DNA from: an uncultured Gemmatimonadales bacterium
GTDB taxonomy: Bacteria > Gemmatimonadota > Gemmatimonadetes > Longimicrobiales > RSA9
Direction of reading: 5' to 3'
Length of the DNA stretch: 64,000 nt
Assembly (NCBI GenBank): GCA_963783305.1
Contig: CAWAMW010000002.1
Location: 96,001 to 160,000, forward strand
The translations under genes and the position numbers were made by a program. The notes beneath the pieces were generated by a model. It did not search any database. It was not told where the DNA came from and saw nothing but the letters and a program-made list of their open reading frames with translations. Shown here piece by piece: positions 1 through 9,564 of the stretch; within the stretch, counting starts at the first letter, position 1; every line of letters starts with the position of its first letter.

Positions 1-358
1 GCGCACCGCCATCAGCGACTACCCGCAGTTCAAGGAATACCTCGCGGCATTCCGCGAGCGCGGGTTCCGTTTTGCCGTCGATGACGCCGGCAGCGGGTAT
101 GCCGGTCTCGGCTCGATCGCCAATCTCGATCCCGACTACATCAAGCTCGACATCTCGCTTATTTCCAACATCGACACCAACTTCATGAAGCAGAACCTGG
201 TGCAGACGATGGTGAAATTCGCCCGGGACAACGACGTTATGGTCGTGGCGGAGGGCGTCGAGCGACGCGAGGAGTTCGAGATCGTGAAGGAGATCGGCGT
301 TCACCTGACCCAGGGCTTCCTCTTCCACAAACCCCGCCAGTCCGGCATCGAGCAGTGA
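1..358 (+). CDS. EAL-domain c-di-GMP phosphodiesterase, 3' part (truncated by window edge)
   Basis: Manual translation from nt 2 gives ...GFRFAVDDAGSGYAGL...PDYIKLD...VVAEGVE...QGFLF, stop TGA at 356-358; these are EAL motifs. Confidence 0.85.
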   Translation, partial: RTAISDYPQFKEYLAAFRERGFRFAVDDAGSGYAGLGSIANLDPDYIKLDISLISNIDTNFMKQNLVQTMVKFARDNDVMVVAEGVERREEFEIVKEIGVHLTQGFLFHKPRQSGIEQ

Positions 359-383
359 GCCGGAGCGGGCAGACCCAGAGCCC

Positions 384-2210
384 GTGACCGCCTCTACCGC
401 ACAGCCACAGACCGCCTCCTACACGGCCCGTCGCGACGACGCCGTGGCTCATCGCGACAGCCTCGCCCGTCGCGCCCGATCCATCAGCAACCTGCGACTG
501 CTCGCGTTCCTGGCGGGCCTCGGCGGCCTCGTCTGGGCCGAAGCCCGGCCGGAGCACGGGGCCGCCGCCCTCGTCGTCGCAGCCGTCGCAGCCGTCTCCT
601 TCTTCGTTCTCATCGGCATCCACTCCCGCCTGAAGCAGCGCGAGCGCTGGGCCGCCGAGATGGCCGCGGTCAACCAGGAGGGGATCGACAGGATCGCCCG
701 CGAGTGGGATTCGCTGCCCAGCGTTGCACCCGCGGGACCGCCCCGCCACGGCTACGCCCACGACCTGGACGTCTTCGGGCACGGCTCTCTCGCCCGGTAT
801 TTCGGAACGGCGGGAACCGCCCTCGGGAAGGCGCGGCTCCACGAATGGCTGCTGGCCCCGGCCGGTGTGGAGACCGCTCGTCGCCGGCAGGAATCCGTGC
901 GCGAGCTCGTGCCGCTCCTCGATTTTCGACAGGAGCTCCAGGTATCCGGGCGTCTGACCGAGGACCCCGACCCCGCGGCGCTGGACGCGTTCCTGGACTG
1001 GGCGGAAGACGACCCCTGGCTACTCCGGCGGCCCTGGCTCGTCTGGCTCTCGCGTCTCCTCCCGCTGGCCACGCTCCTCCTCCTCGTGCTCTACCTGGAA
1101 GGCAGCCTGGCTCGGCCCTGGTGGATCCTCACACTCCTCGCCGGGACCGCCCTCGCCGCCACCGCCGGGAAGCGGATCCACCGCCTCATGGCCCGCGCCT
1201 CCCTCGGCGATGCCAACCTCCATCACTTCGCCAGTCTGGTGGGGCGAGTTCAGGACGAGTCCTTCGACGCACCGCTGCTCCGCGATATTCACGCGGCGCT
1301 CACCGACGAATGCGACGCGCGCCACCAGCTGGAGCGACTGTCCTGGGTCACTGAGCTGGCCGACCTGCGCCACAGCGGCCTCTTCTACGTCCTCGTGCAC
1401 GTCCCCACCCTCTGGGACTTCCATGTGCTCTGGGGGCTGGAGCGCTGGCAGAGCAGGGCGGGGCGGCACGCTCGGGAATGGGTTCAACGGGTCGCCGATA
1501 TCGAGGCGCTGGCCGCGCTGGCCGCGCCCGTGATCGAGGAAGACGGCTGGTCGTTTCCCGAACTCCAGGCCTCGGGCGATCGGTTCGCCGCCCGCGGCCT
1601 CGCCCACCCGCTCCTCCCCCCCGGCGAGCGGGTCCCGAACGACGTGGAGATCGGGCCGCCTGGCACGTTCGTCATGGTCAGCGGATCGAACATGTCGGGG
1701 AAAAGCACGCTGCTGCGAGCCGTTGGGGTGAACGCGGTGCTGGCGCAGGCGGGGGGGCCCGTATGCGCCGCCGAGCTCACGCTGCCGCCGCTGGAGATCC
1801 GGAGCAGCATGCGGGTGGAGGACTCCCTCGAGCGCGGCGTCTCGCTCTTCATGGCGGAGCTCCAGCAGCTGAAGCGGGTGGTCGATGCCGCCGACCGCGA
1901 TGACGACCGGATCCTCCTCTACCTCCTGGACGAGGTGCTCCATGGCACCAATACCGCCGAACGACAGGTGGCGGTCCGCGAGGTCCTGGCCCACCTCCTG
2001 GAACGGCCGGCCGTCGGGGCCATCTCCACCCACGACCTCGCCCTCGCCGACGCGGCTTTCCTGAGCGACGTAGTGGTGCCCGTGCACTTCCGGGAGACCG
2101 TCCACCCGGAGGGACACGAGCCGCCCATGAGCTTCGACTACATCCTGAGGGACGGCGTGGCGACCTCCACCAACGCCCTCAAGCTGGTCCGACTGGTCGG
2201 CCTCGCCTGA
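384..2210 (+). CDS. MutS-related membrane-anchored ATPase (MutS domain V family)
   Basis: N-terminal hydrophobic segments; GSNMSGKST Walker A, SLFMAEL, LLDEVLHGTN, STHDL motifs. Confidence 0.85.
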   Translation: MTASTAQPQTASYTARRDDAVAHRDSLARRARSISNLRLLAFLAGLGGLVWAEARPEHGAAALVVAAVAAVSFFVLIGIHSRLKQRERWAAEMAAVNQEGIDRIAREWDSLPSVAPAGPPRHGYAHDLDVFGHGSLARYFGTAGTALGKARLHEWLLAPAGVETARRRQESVRELVPLLDFRQELQVSGRLTEDPDPAALDAFLDWAEDDPWLLRRPWLVWLSRLLPLATLLLLVLYLEGSLARPWWILTLLAGTALAATAGKRIHRLMARASLGDANLHHFASLVGRVQDESFDAPLLRDIHAALTDECDARHQLERLSWVTELADLRHSGLFYVLVHVPTLWDFHVLWGLERWQSRAGRHAREWVQRVADIEALAALAAPVIEEDGWSFPELQASGDRFAARGLAHPLLPPGERVPNDVEIGPPGTFVMVSGSNMSGKSTLLRAVGVNAVLAQAGGPVCAAELTLPPLEIRSSMRVEDSLERGVSLFMAELQQLKRVVDAADRDDDRILLYLLDEVLHGTNTAERQVAVREVLAHLLERPAVGAISTHDLALADAAFLSDVVVPVHFRETVHPEGHEPPMSFDYILRDGVATSTNALKLVRLVGLA

Positions 2211-3692
2211 TCAGCCGCCGGATCCGCCGCCGGACGAGACCGGCTCGCCCACGGGCGTCGAGGCCGGCTCCGGCTCCGGGGGCTGGTACAGCTCCGCACC
2301 CATACCGGCGAACCATGGCGCCTCACCACTCGCGCTGACCAGCGCCTCTGCGTCGTAGCGGACGCTCGGGTTCCACAGGACCCACTCGGTCAGCCCGGCG
2401 TCGTACACCGCGTCGATCTGCGCCCGCACGTGGCGCGGTCCGTAATCGGGCTCGCCCAGGCTGAACGCCTGAAGCCAGGGCCGGATGGACGCCGCGCCTT
2501 CGATCTCCCGGGAGCGGTTCACGCCGTGGTCCATCGCCTTCTTCACGATCTGGTAGGGCGCGGCGTTCGGGTTCGCGTAGCTCCAGGACCCGCGCGGATA
2601 ATGGCTCGGATAAACCATCGGCAGGAGCACATCGATCACGTCCGACATCTCCTCCCAGAGCTGACCGATGCCCACGTCGTTGAACGCGGACGTGGTGATG
2701 CCGAACACGTCCGCCGTGAGCGGCACATCGGACTCCGCCAACCGATCGTCTGCGTACATCATGAATTCCCGGATCCCCTGCGTCCTGCTCCGGCCGTCGC
2801 GGGCCGGATAGACCGCGTCCCGCAGATAACGGTTCGGCGCGTCGGGGAATCGCACGTAGTCCCACTGGACCTCGCTGAACCCCAGCGCGATCGCTTCCCG
2901 CGCAAGCTCAATGTTGTAGTTCCAGACATGCTCGTTGTAGGCATCCACCCAGTGCACGTTCTTCTGGTCCTCCCAGACCGTTCCGTCCTCGCGCTGGATC
3001 GACCACTCCGGCCGGGCCGTCGCGAGCAGCGGATCCTTGAACACGACGATTCGGGCGATGGGGTAGATGCCATGCTCCCGCAGCCGCTCCAGGCGCTCCC
3101 GGACGTCCGCGATCCTGACCCGGTCTGTCGCCCCCACCTGACGCGCCAGTGGGACCTGCGAGGCGTATGTGACCTCGCCCGTGGCGTCCTTCACGTCGAT
3201 GACGAACGCGTTCACCTCCGTCCGGTCCGCCAGGTCCAGGAGCTGCGCGAACCGCTTGTCGCTCGCCACCGGCCACGAGCCTGCGTAGATCCCATGCACC
3301 GCCTCCGGCTTCGGCACCCGCCACTCCGACGCCACCGGAAGCACCGGGCTCCGCTCGTCCGCCGCGGCCCAGTCGATCGGCGCGCGCGGCTCCGGGTCCG
3401 GCGATGCCACGTCCGCCGTCGCCGACCCCGCCTTCGGGCCAGCACTCGCGGACTCCGACTCGCCACCATCGTCCGCGACTTCCCCCGCGGGGGCCGACTC
3501 CGGGATGGGCGCAACGGGCACGACTGCCGCCGCGTCCACGGCCCCCACCGCGACCGCTGGCTCCCCCTCATCTCCCGAGCGCATCGCCACCGCGCCGAGT
3601 CCCACTCCGAGGACCAGCGCCACGATCAGCCCCACGGTCAGGGGCCTGGACTTGCTCTCCAGCGAATTCCAGCTACGTCCGTTCCGCGTCAT
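2211..3692 (-). CDS. Putative glycoside hydrolase (DUF4015-like), membrane-anchored
   Basis: N-terminal TM helix; VIDVKD, IARIVVFKD, QWDYVRFPD, PMVYPSHY and RPWLQAF motifs. Confidence 0.75.
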   Translation of the reverse strand: MTRNGRSWNSLESKSRPLTVGLIVALVLGVGLGAVAMRSGDEGEPAVAVGAVDAAAVVPVAPIPESAPAGEVADDGGESESASAGPKAGSATADVASPDPEPRAPIDWAAADERSPVLPVASEWRVPKPEAVHGIYAGSWPVASDKRFAQLLDLADRTEVNAFVIDVKDATGEVTYASQVPLARQVGATDRVRIADVRERLERLREHGIYPIARIVVFKDPLLATARPEWSIQREDGTVWEDQKNVHWVDAYNEHVWNYNIELAREAIALGFSEVQWDYVRFPDAPNRYLRDAVYPARDGRSRTQGIREFMMYADDRLAESDVPLTADVFGITTSAFNDVGIGQLWEEMSDVIDVLLPMVYPSHYPRGSWSYANPNAAPYQIVKKAMDHGVNRSREIEGAASIRPWLQAFSLGEPDYGPRHVRAQIDAVYDAGLTEWVLWNPSVRYDAEALVSASGEAPWFAGMGAELYQPPEPEPASTPVGEPVSSGGGSGG

Positions 3693-3835
3693 TCAGACAG
3701 CTTCCTCTGTTTCTCTGTTCATGTCCCAGGTGCCGCTCTCCCAGGGAGTTACATGATGAGGTGGTGGCGCATTATGTGGGCCAGCCGGGCGCGCTGGCGT
3801 TGCCATTCCAGTTCGCTATTGTCCGCAGGGGGGCA

Positions 3836-5053
3836 TCAGTATCTCGGGGTTCGAGGGTCGACTTCAGAGCCCCAGGCGAGGATTCCGCCGGTGAGATTCC
3901 GGGCGCGGTCGAAGCCGTGTTGGCGGAGGTATCTGGTGACGTTGCCGCTGCGCGCGCCGGAGCGGCAGTAGAAGACGATCTCGCGCTCGGGGTCCAGCTC
4001 CCCGAGGCATGCCTCCAGCTGGTTCATGGGGATCAGCCGGGCCCCGTACTCCTCGAGGTTGAAGATCCGCCACTCGAACGGCTCTCTGACGTCGATCAGG
4101 TCCAGGTCCACCCCCGCGTCCAGTCTGCGCTTCAGCTCCGCCGCCCCGATCTCGTCCGACACCGCCGTGTCGGGCTCCACGTCCACGGCCCCGTCCCCGC
4201 CCCCGTCCGGCTGTTCCCGGGCTCGCGTCGGCTCAGCAGCGTCCGCCACCCCGCAGAACGCCTCATAGTCGATCAGCTCGGTCACAGTGGGGCTCTCCCC
4301 GCACACCGGACATTCCGGGTTCTTCCGGAGCTGGAGCTCACGCCAGCGCATGGTGAGGCCATCGAAGAGGACGAGCCGGCCGATCAGGGGATCGCCGGCG
4401 CCGGTGATGAGCTTCACCGCCTCCAGCGCCTGGAGCGACCCGATGATCCCGGGGAGCACCCCCAACACCCCGCCCTCGGCGCAGTTCGGCACCAGCCCGG
4501 GCGGCGGCGGCTGGCGGAAGAGACAGCGGTAGCAGGGGGCATCCGCCCCGCCGAACACCGACACCTGACCGTCGAATTTGAGGATGGAGCCGTAGACGTT
4601 CCGCTTCCCCAGGAGCACGCACGCGTCGTTCACCAGGTAGCGGGTGGGAAAGTTGTCGGTGCCGTCGATCACCAGGTCGTAGCCGCGGATGATGTCGAGG
4701 GCGTTGCCGCTATCGAGCCGCTCCTCGTGCACAACCACGTCGATATGCGAGTTGAGGTCCTTCAGCCGATCCCGGGCGGCCTCAAGCTTCGGTCGCCCCA
4801 GGTCCCCCTCCCCGTACAGGATCTGTCGCTGGAGGTTGCTCGCGTCCACCACGTCGAAGTCCACCAGCCCCAGAGTGCCGACCCCCGCGGCGGCCAGATA
4901 AAGCGAGGCGGGGGAGCCGAGGCCGCCCGCCCCCACGATGAGCACGCGCGCCGCCTTCAGCCGCCGCTGCCCCTCCTCCCCCACCTCTCCCAGCACGATG
5001 TGGCGGGCGTACCGGAGGGTCTCCGCGGCGCTCAGCTCCGGCAGTTCGCTCAT
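3836..5053 (-). CDS. moeB: MoeB/MoeZ-type E1-like adenylyltransferase with C-terminal rhodanese domain
   Basis: RYARH, GAGGLG, SNLQRQ, two CxxC motifs, rhodanese CRSGARS; start placed at MSELPEL. Confidence 0.9.
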   Translation of the reverse strand: MSELPELSAAETLRYARHIVLGEVGEEGQRRLKAARVLIVGAGGLGSPASLYLAAAGVGTLGLVDFDVVDASNLQRQILYGEGDLGRPKLEAARDRLKDLNSHIDVVVHEERLDSGNALDIIRGYDLVIDGTDNFPTRYLVNDACVLLGKRNVYGSILKFDGQVSVFGGADAPCYRCLFRQPPPPGLVPNCAEGGVLGVLPGIIGSLQALEAVKLITGAGDPLIGRLVLFDGLTMRWRELQLRKNPECPVCGESPTVTELIDYEAFCGVADAAEPTRAREQPDGGGDGAVDVEPDTAVSDEIGAAELKRRLDAGVDLDLIDVREPFEWRIFNLEEYGARLIPMNQLEACLGELDPEREIVFYCRSGARSGNVTRYLRQHGFDRARNLTGGILAWGSEVDPRTPRY

Positions 5054-5090
5054 CTCCACGCACTCACTTCCTTCCAATCCACCCTCCACT

Positions 5091-5462
5091 CTATCCACCG
5101 GCAATGCTCGGAACGATCGTGATGTCGTCCCCCTCCTCCAGCACCGTCGCCTCACCGTTCAGGAAACGGATGTCCTGGTCGTTCCGGAAGATGTTCACAT
5201 GCTCCCGGAGGGCGCCCGCTTCCGTCCGCACGTGGCGGCGCAGGCCCGGGTGCCGAAGGAGGAGGTCGTCCAGAGCGCCGGCGATCGTGCCGGCCGCGAC
5301 CGTCAGCTCCGCGATGCCCCCCGCCAGCTCCCGGAGGGGCCCCGGGATCCGCACCATCACCTGCGCCGATCCAGGTGGCTTCCGGACGGCCGGGGGCGCC
5401 AGATTCGTCGTGTCGCTCCTCGGATCTCTCATCGGATCAGGCATACCCGCGGGGTCCGCCAT
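5091..5462 (-). CDS. MoaD/ThiS-family ubiquitin-like sulfur carrier
   Basis: Beta-grasp pattern VRIPGPLR...HVNIFRN, C-terminal SIAGG; adjacent to moeB; start uncertain. Confidence 0.85.
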   Translation of the reverse strand: MADPAGMPDPMRDPRSDTTNLAPPAVRKPPGSAQVMVRIPGPLRELAGGIAELTVAAGTIAGALDDLLLRHPGLRRHVRTEAGALREHVNIFRNDQDIRFLNGEATVLEEGDDITIVPSIAGG

Positions 5463-5471
5463 CGTGCCGGA

Positions 5472-6806
5472 TCAAAGACCCTCCAGGATCAGCGCCGCGT
5501 TCCGTTCCGCCGCGCCCGTTTCGGACCGCACGTACTCCCGCGCCCGCGCTCCCGCCTCGCGCGCGCTCCCTTCCTTCTCGAGCAGCCTCCGCATCCGGTC
5601 TTCGAACGACGACGGGTCCTCCACCACCCAGCCGCCCCCGGCTTCCACCAGGGCGTCCGCCTCCCGCGCGTTGCCGTGGGCGGGGCCGAAGAGGACGGGG
5701 ACCCCGAGCGCCGCCGGCTCCACCACCGAGTGCAGCCCTGCCGTGCCGAACCCGCCGCCGACGTACGCCGCGTCGGCCAGCGCGTACAGGTCCGCCAGGA
5801 CGCCCATCCGGTCCACTACCACCACCTCGGGCACAGGCCCGCCCGCCGCCACGAGCGCCCCGAGCCGCGCGTGCCGAAGCGACTGCCGGTCGAGTCGTCG
5901 CTCCAGCGATTCCAGGTGCGCCCCGGTGGGCTCGTGCGGCGCGATCACCAGCCGCATCTTGCGGTCCCTGCTCAGGACCGTGAATGGCGGCAGCAGCACT
6001 TTCTCGTCCGACCCCCACGTGGACCCCGCCACGAGCGTGAACGCCTCTGGATCGTCCAGCAGCCGCCACAGCGGCCGCAGCTCCTCCGGCGCACGCTCCG
6101 CCGCCGCCGGGTCGCCGCGCAGCGACGCCAGCCCCCGACTCTCGGTCCGGTCCCAGACCTGATCGAAGCGGGCGTCCCCGGTGACCCGGATCCGCCCCGA
6201 CGGGACGCCCAGCCGCTCGTAGCGCTCCGCGTGCTCCCGGCTCACCGCCCCCACCCGGTCCAGCCGCCGGTACACGCCCTCCAGGAAGCTCCGGCCGAGC
6301 CAGCGAAGCCGCCCCGAGCCCTCCGACAGCACCGCGTTCACCAGCACCTGCGACGCCCCCGCCCGCGCGGCCTCGCGACTCAGCACCGGCCACACCTCCG
6401 TCCGCACGAACGCGATCACCGCCGGACGCAGCGACGACAGCGCTTCCCGGACCGGACCACGCGTATCGAACGGCACGTACCCCGCCACGTCCGCACCCAC
6501 CTCCTCGACCATTCGCTCCGCCGACGGCGAGAAGTGCGTGAACGCCACCTGCACGTCCGGCCGCGCCTCCCGGACCGCCGCGATCACCGCCTTCCCCATG
6601 AGCGCCTCCCCCACCGACGGGGCGTGCACCCATAGCAGCGGCCGGTCCAACTGGCGCTCGGACGCGGACCATTCCCGGAACCGATCGAGTGTCTCCGCCC
6701 GGCCTCGCACCGCCCGTTCCGCGCCGCCGTGCACGAGGGCGGCCGCGCGGATCGCCGGCCGGGCGCCCGCAAGCACCGCTTCGTAGAGGGTCTCGGAGAG
6801 GGACAA
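5472..6806 (-). CDS. waaA: 3-deoxy-D-manno-octulosonic acid (Kdo) transferase
   Basis: WVHAPSVGE, PFD, TEVWP, TGDARFD, AGSTW, IAPH, YVGGGF..HSVVEPA motifs; GGAG then TTG start at 6806. Confidence 0.85.
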   Translation of the reverse strand: MSLSETLYEAVLAGARPAIRAAALVHGGAERAVRGRAETLDRFREWSASERQLDRPLLWVHAPSVGEALMGKAVIAAVREARPDVQVAFTHFSPSAERMVEEVGADVAGYVPFDTRGPVREALSSLRPAVIAFVRTEVWPVLSREAARAGASQVLVNAVLSEGSGRLRWLGRSFLEGVYRRLDRVGAVSREHAERYERLGVPSGRIRVTGDARFDQVWDRTESRGLASLRGDPAAAERAPEELRPLWRLLDDPEAFTLVAGSTWGSDEKVLLPPFTVLSRDRKMRLVIAPHEPTGAHLESLERRLDRQSLRHARLGALVAAGGPVPEVVVVDRMGVLADLYALADAAYVGGGFGTAGLHSVVEPAALGVPVLFGPAHGNAREADALVEAGGGWVVEDPSSFEDRMRRLLEKEGSAREAGARAREYVRSETGAAERNAALILEGL

Positions 6807-6808
6807 CG

Positions 6809-7006
6809 CTACTCCGCCGTGTACGTCCGCTGGTCCGGGTCCGCCTGCACCCGGACTTCCACCAGTTCCGCGCTCGCCGCCACCTCCTCCGACACGCGGT
6901 CGGCCGCGACACGCATCGCCGCGCGCAGGTCCTCCGCCTCGATATCGAGGATATCGTAGAGCGCGCGGGGCGCGCCGTAGCGGAACGTTACGCGGTAGCT
7001 GGGCAT
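6809..7006 (-). CDS. Small hypothetical protein (65 aa)
   Basis: MPSYRVTFRYG...; stop abuts the waaA start; host-like codon usage. Confidence 0.6.
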   Translation of the reverse strand: MPSYRVTFRYGAPRALYDILDIEAEDLRAAMRVAADRVSEEVAASAELVEVRVQADPDQRTYTAE

Positions 7007-7052
7007 CAGAGACGATGGACAGGGTTCGGGGAACGGCCGTATATTCGCCCAC

Positions 7053-8138
7053 GTGCGATACATAGGCAACAAGACCAGGCTGCTTGGCTTCATCCGCAAG
7101 AAGCTCGAGACCCGGGGGCTCGCCGGCCCCGGCCTCTCCGCCGTCGACCCGTTCAGCGGCACCGCCAGCGTCGCACACCACCTGAAGAGCCTCGGGTTCC
7201 GCGTCACCGCCTCCGACATCATGGCCTACGGCTACGTCTTCGCCCGCGCCTACGTGGAGGTCCCCCGCCACCCCACCGCCCCCGGACTCGCCCACGAGGT
7301 GCTCGCCGTTCACGGCCGCGATGCGCCCACCGCGCGCGATGTCGCCGACCATCTCAACGGGCTCGACCCACTCCCCGGGTTCGTTCACCGCAGCTACTCG
7401 CCCGACGGAGAGGCCGGACGCGAGCACGGCCGCATGTACTTCACCGCCGAGAACGCCGCCCGCATCGACCACGTCCGCAACCGCATCGAGGAGTGGTATC
7501 GCGGCGGACAGATCGATCGCGACCTCTACCACCTCCTCGTCGCCGCCGTCATCGAGGGTGCAGACCGCGTCGCCAACACCACCGGCGTCTATGCCGCTTT
7601 CGTGAAGAGCTGGCAGCCCAACGCCCGGCGACGGTTCCGGATCCAGCTCCCGGAGATCCACGAGGGGAACGGCTGCCGCGCCGCACAGGCCGACGCCCTG
7701 GACCTCGTCCCCGATATGGACCCCTTCGACCTCCTCTACCTCGACCCGCCCTACAACAACCGCCAGTACCCCGGCTACTACCACATCCCCGAGCTCCTGG
7801 CCATGGGCTGGTTCGACGGCGAGCCCGAGCTGCGCGGCAAGACCGGCCTCGTCCCCGACGGCGACAAGCGCAGCGACTGGTCCCGTGCCGGCAAATGCGA
7901 GGTCGCCTTCGAGCGCCTCATCGCCACAGCACCCTGGAAGCACGTCGTCATGAGCTACAACGACGAGGGGATCATCCCCGAGGCCACCATCGAGCGCGTG
8001 CTCCGTGCGAACGGCCTCCAGGACAGCTACAAACGCTACAGCCGCAGCTACAAGCGCTATCGCTCCGACGCCGACTCCGAGGACCGCAAGTACAAGGGCG
8101 ACAAGGTGCGGGAATACCTGTACTGCGTGAGCCGCTAG
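7053..8138 (+). CDS. DNA adenine methyltransferase (D12 class, FokI-like), apparently orphan
   Basis: MRYIGNK, DPFSGTASV SAM-binding motif, YLDPPY catalytic motif, SYNDEG. Confidence 0.9.
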   Translation: MRYIGNKTRLLGFIRKKLETRGLAGPGLSAVDPFSGTASVAHHLKSLGFRVTASDIMAYGYVFARAYVEVPRHPTAPGLAHEVLAVHGRDAPTARDVADHLNGLDPLPGFVHRSYSPDGEAGREHGRMYFTAENAARIDHVRNRIEEWYRGGQIDRDLYHLLVAAVIEGADRVANTTGVYAAFVKSWQPNARRRFRIQLPEIHEGNGCRAAQADALDLVPDMDPFDLLYLDPPYNNRQYPGYYHIPELLAMGWFDGEPELRGKTGLVPDGDKRSDWSRAGKCEVAFERLIATAPWKHVVMSYNDEGIIPEATIERVLRANGLQDSYKRYSRSYKRYRSDADSEDRKYKGDKVREYLYCVSR

Positions 8139-8603
8139 CCGACGAGCCGGACCCGCGCAGTCGCTCGCCCTCGACCGCTTCGCCTCGAACCACTGGCGCG
8201 TTCGCCTATCGCTCCGCCCCCCCCGCCAAGGCATCCTCCTTCGTGACGCTGGCCGGGCGCCCCGGATGCGGACGGGCGGAGATGCCCCTCCCTCCCTCCC
8301 TCCCGCGCGCCCGTCAGCGGATCGAAGATCCCTGTCGGTGGAGGAAAATGCACCCACGAACCCCCTGAGGTGGTCCTCCCGCAGGGTTCTCCCGGCACGG
8401 ACGAGAGTACCCTGCACGGACGCGAGCCGGCGTGCGGTCCCGCGCTCTTTTCACGTCTCTGGCGCGAAAACCACGCTCGAGGCCCGCACTTCACACTCCG
8501 ACCACACATTTTTTACGTCCCGGCGGAAGTCCCCATGGCAGCGCGGGCGGCCGCGCTCCCATTCCGCCGGACATTTCGGAAACGACGAACCGGATCACCC
8601 GCA

Positions 8604-9533
8604 ATGACACGTTCCAGACCGGAACCCGTTATCACCGGCGTAGCCAGCCGGCAGCATGGCGTCGTCACCCGCCGTCAGCTCCTGGACGGCGGCCTGACCT
8701 CGCATCAGGTCCAGCACCGCGTCGGCACCGGCGAGCTCGTCCGGCTGCACCAGGTGTGTACCGCACCGGGCCGGTCGTAGCGCCCCGCGCTGCGGAGATG
8801 GCCGCTACGCTCGCCTGCGGCCCGAACGCCGCTCTCAGCCACGGCAGCGCCGCCCGCATGTGGGGGCTGGCGTCCGGCCCCGTGGCTCGCGTCCCGATCG
8901 AAGTGGGGCTGCGGCAGGGGTACCGACGACGTCCCGGGATCCGGATCCACCGGCTGCCGAGCCTCCGCGCCGATGATGTGACACGGGTCGAGGGAATCCC
9001 GGTAACCACGGCGGCACGTGTTCTCTGGGATCTGGCAGCCAGCAGTGGAGGAAGGGACCTGGAGCGGAGCTACGCCGCCGGACTGGACCGGGGTCTTTTT
9101 CGTCCGGTCCACCTGGAGGGGCTCCTGGATCGCCACAGCGGGGCTCCCGGGTCGCGTCGGCTGCGCGCCCTCCTCAACGGGAATCCCACTCTCACGCGCT
9201 CAGCAGGCGGAGGAGCGACTCCTCCGCCTGCTCTCCACCGCGCAGCTCCCGGCGCCGCAGTGCAACGCCATTGTGGAGGGAATCGAAGTCGATTTCTACT
9301 GGCCCGCCCGTCGTCTCATCGCGGAGGTGGATGGATTCGAGTTCCACGGGTCCCGCGCCGCCTTCGAGGCCGATCGTGATCGCGACGCCCGGCTGGTGGC
9401 CGCCCGGTTCGTGGTGGTCCGCGTCACGTGGCGGCAGATCACCGAGAAGCCTCTGGCAGTGGTGGCGCGCCTCGCCCAGGCGCTCGCCACCCGAGGTTCC
9501 CCGCTTCGAGGGCGCCCCGACATCTCGGCCTGA
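8604..9533 (+). pseudogene. AbiEi-like antitoxin N-terminal domain plus DUF559 endonuclease-like domain, two frameshifts
   Basis: Joining three frames: ASRQHGVVTRRQLL..LVRLH / GVYR..ALSHGSAA..GIPVTTAAR / AEERL..EVDFYWP..EVDGFEFH..DRDRD..VRVTW; shifts near 8755 and 9205. Confidence 0.8.
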
Positions 9534-9564
9534 CGAGGCGGTCCCCGACGCCAGCCGGCGCCGC

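Noticed and set aside
5472..8417. 981-aa ORF as a giant waaA fusion, and other long antisense ORFs (e.g. 14018-15790, 43572-45425, 48598-50658)
   Set aside because: Shadow frames typical of high-GC DNA, overlapping well-supported genes on the other strand or frame
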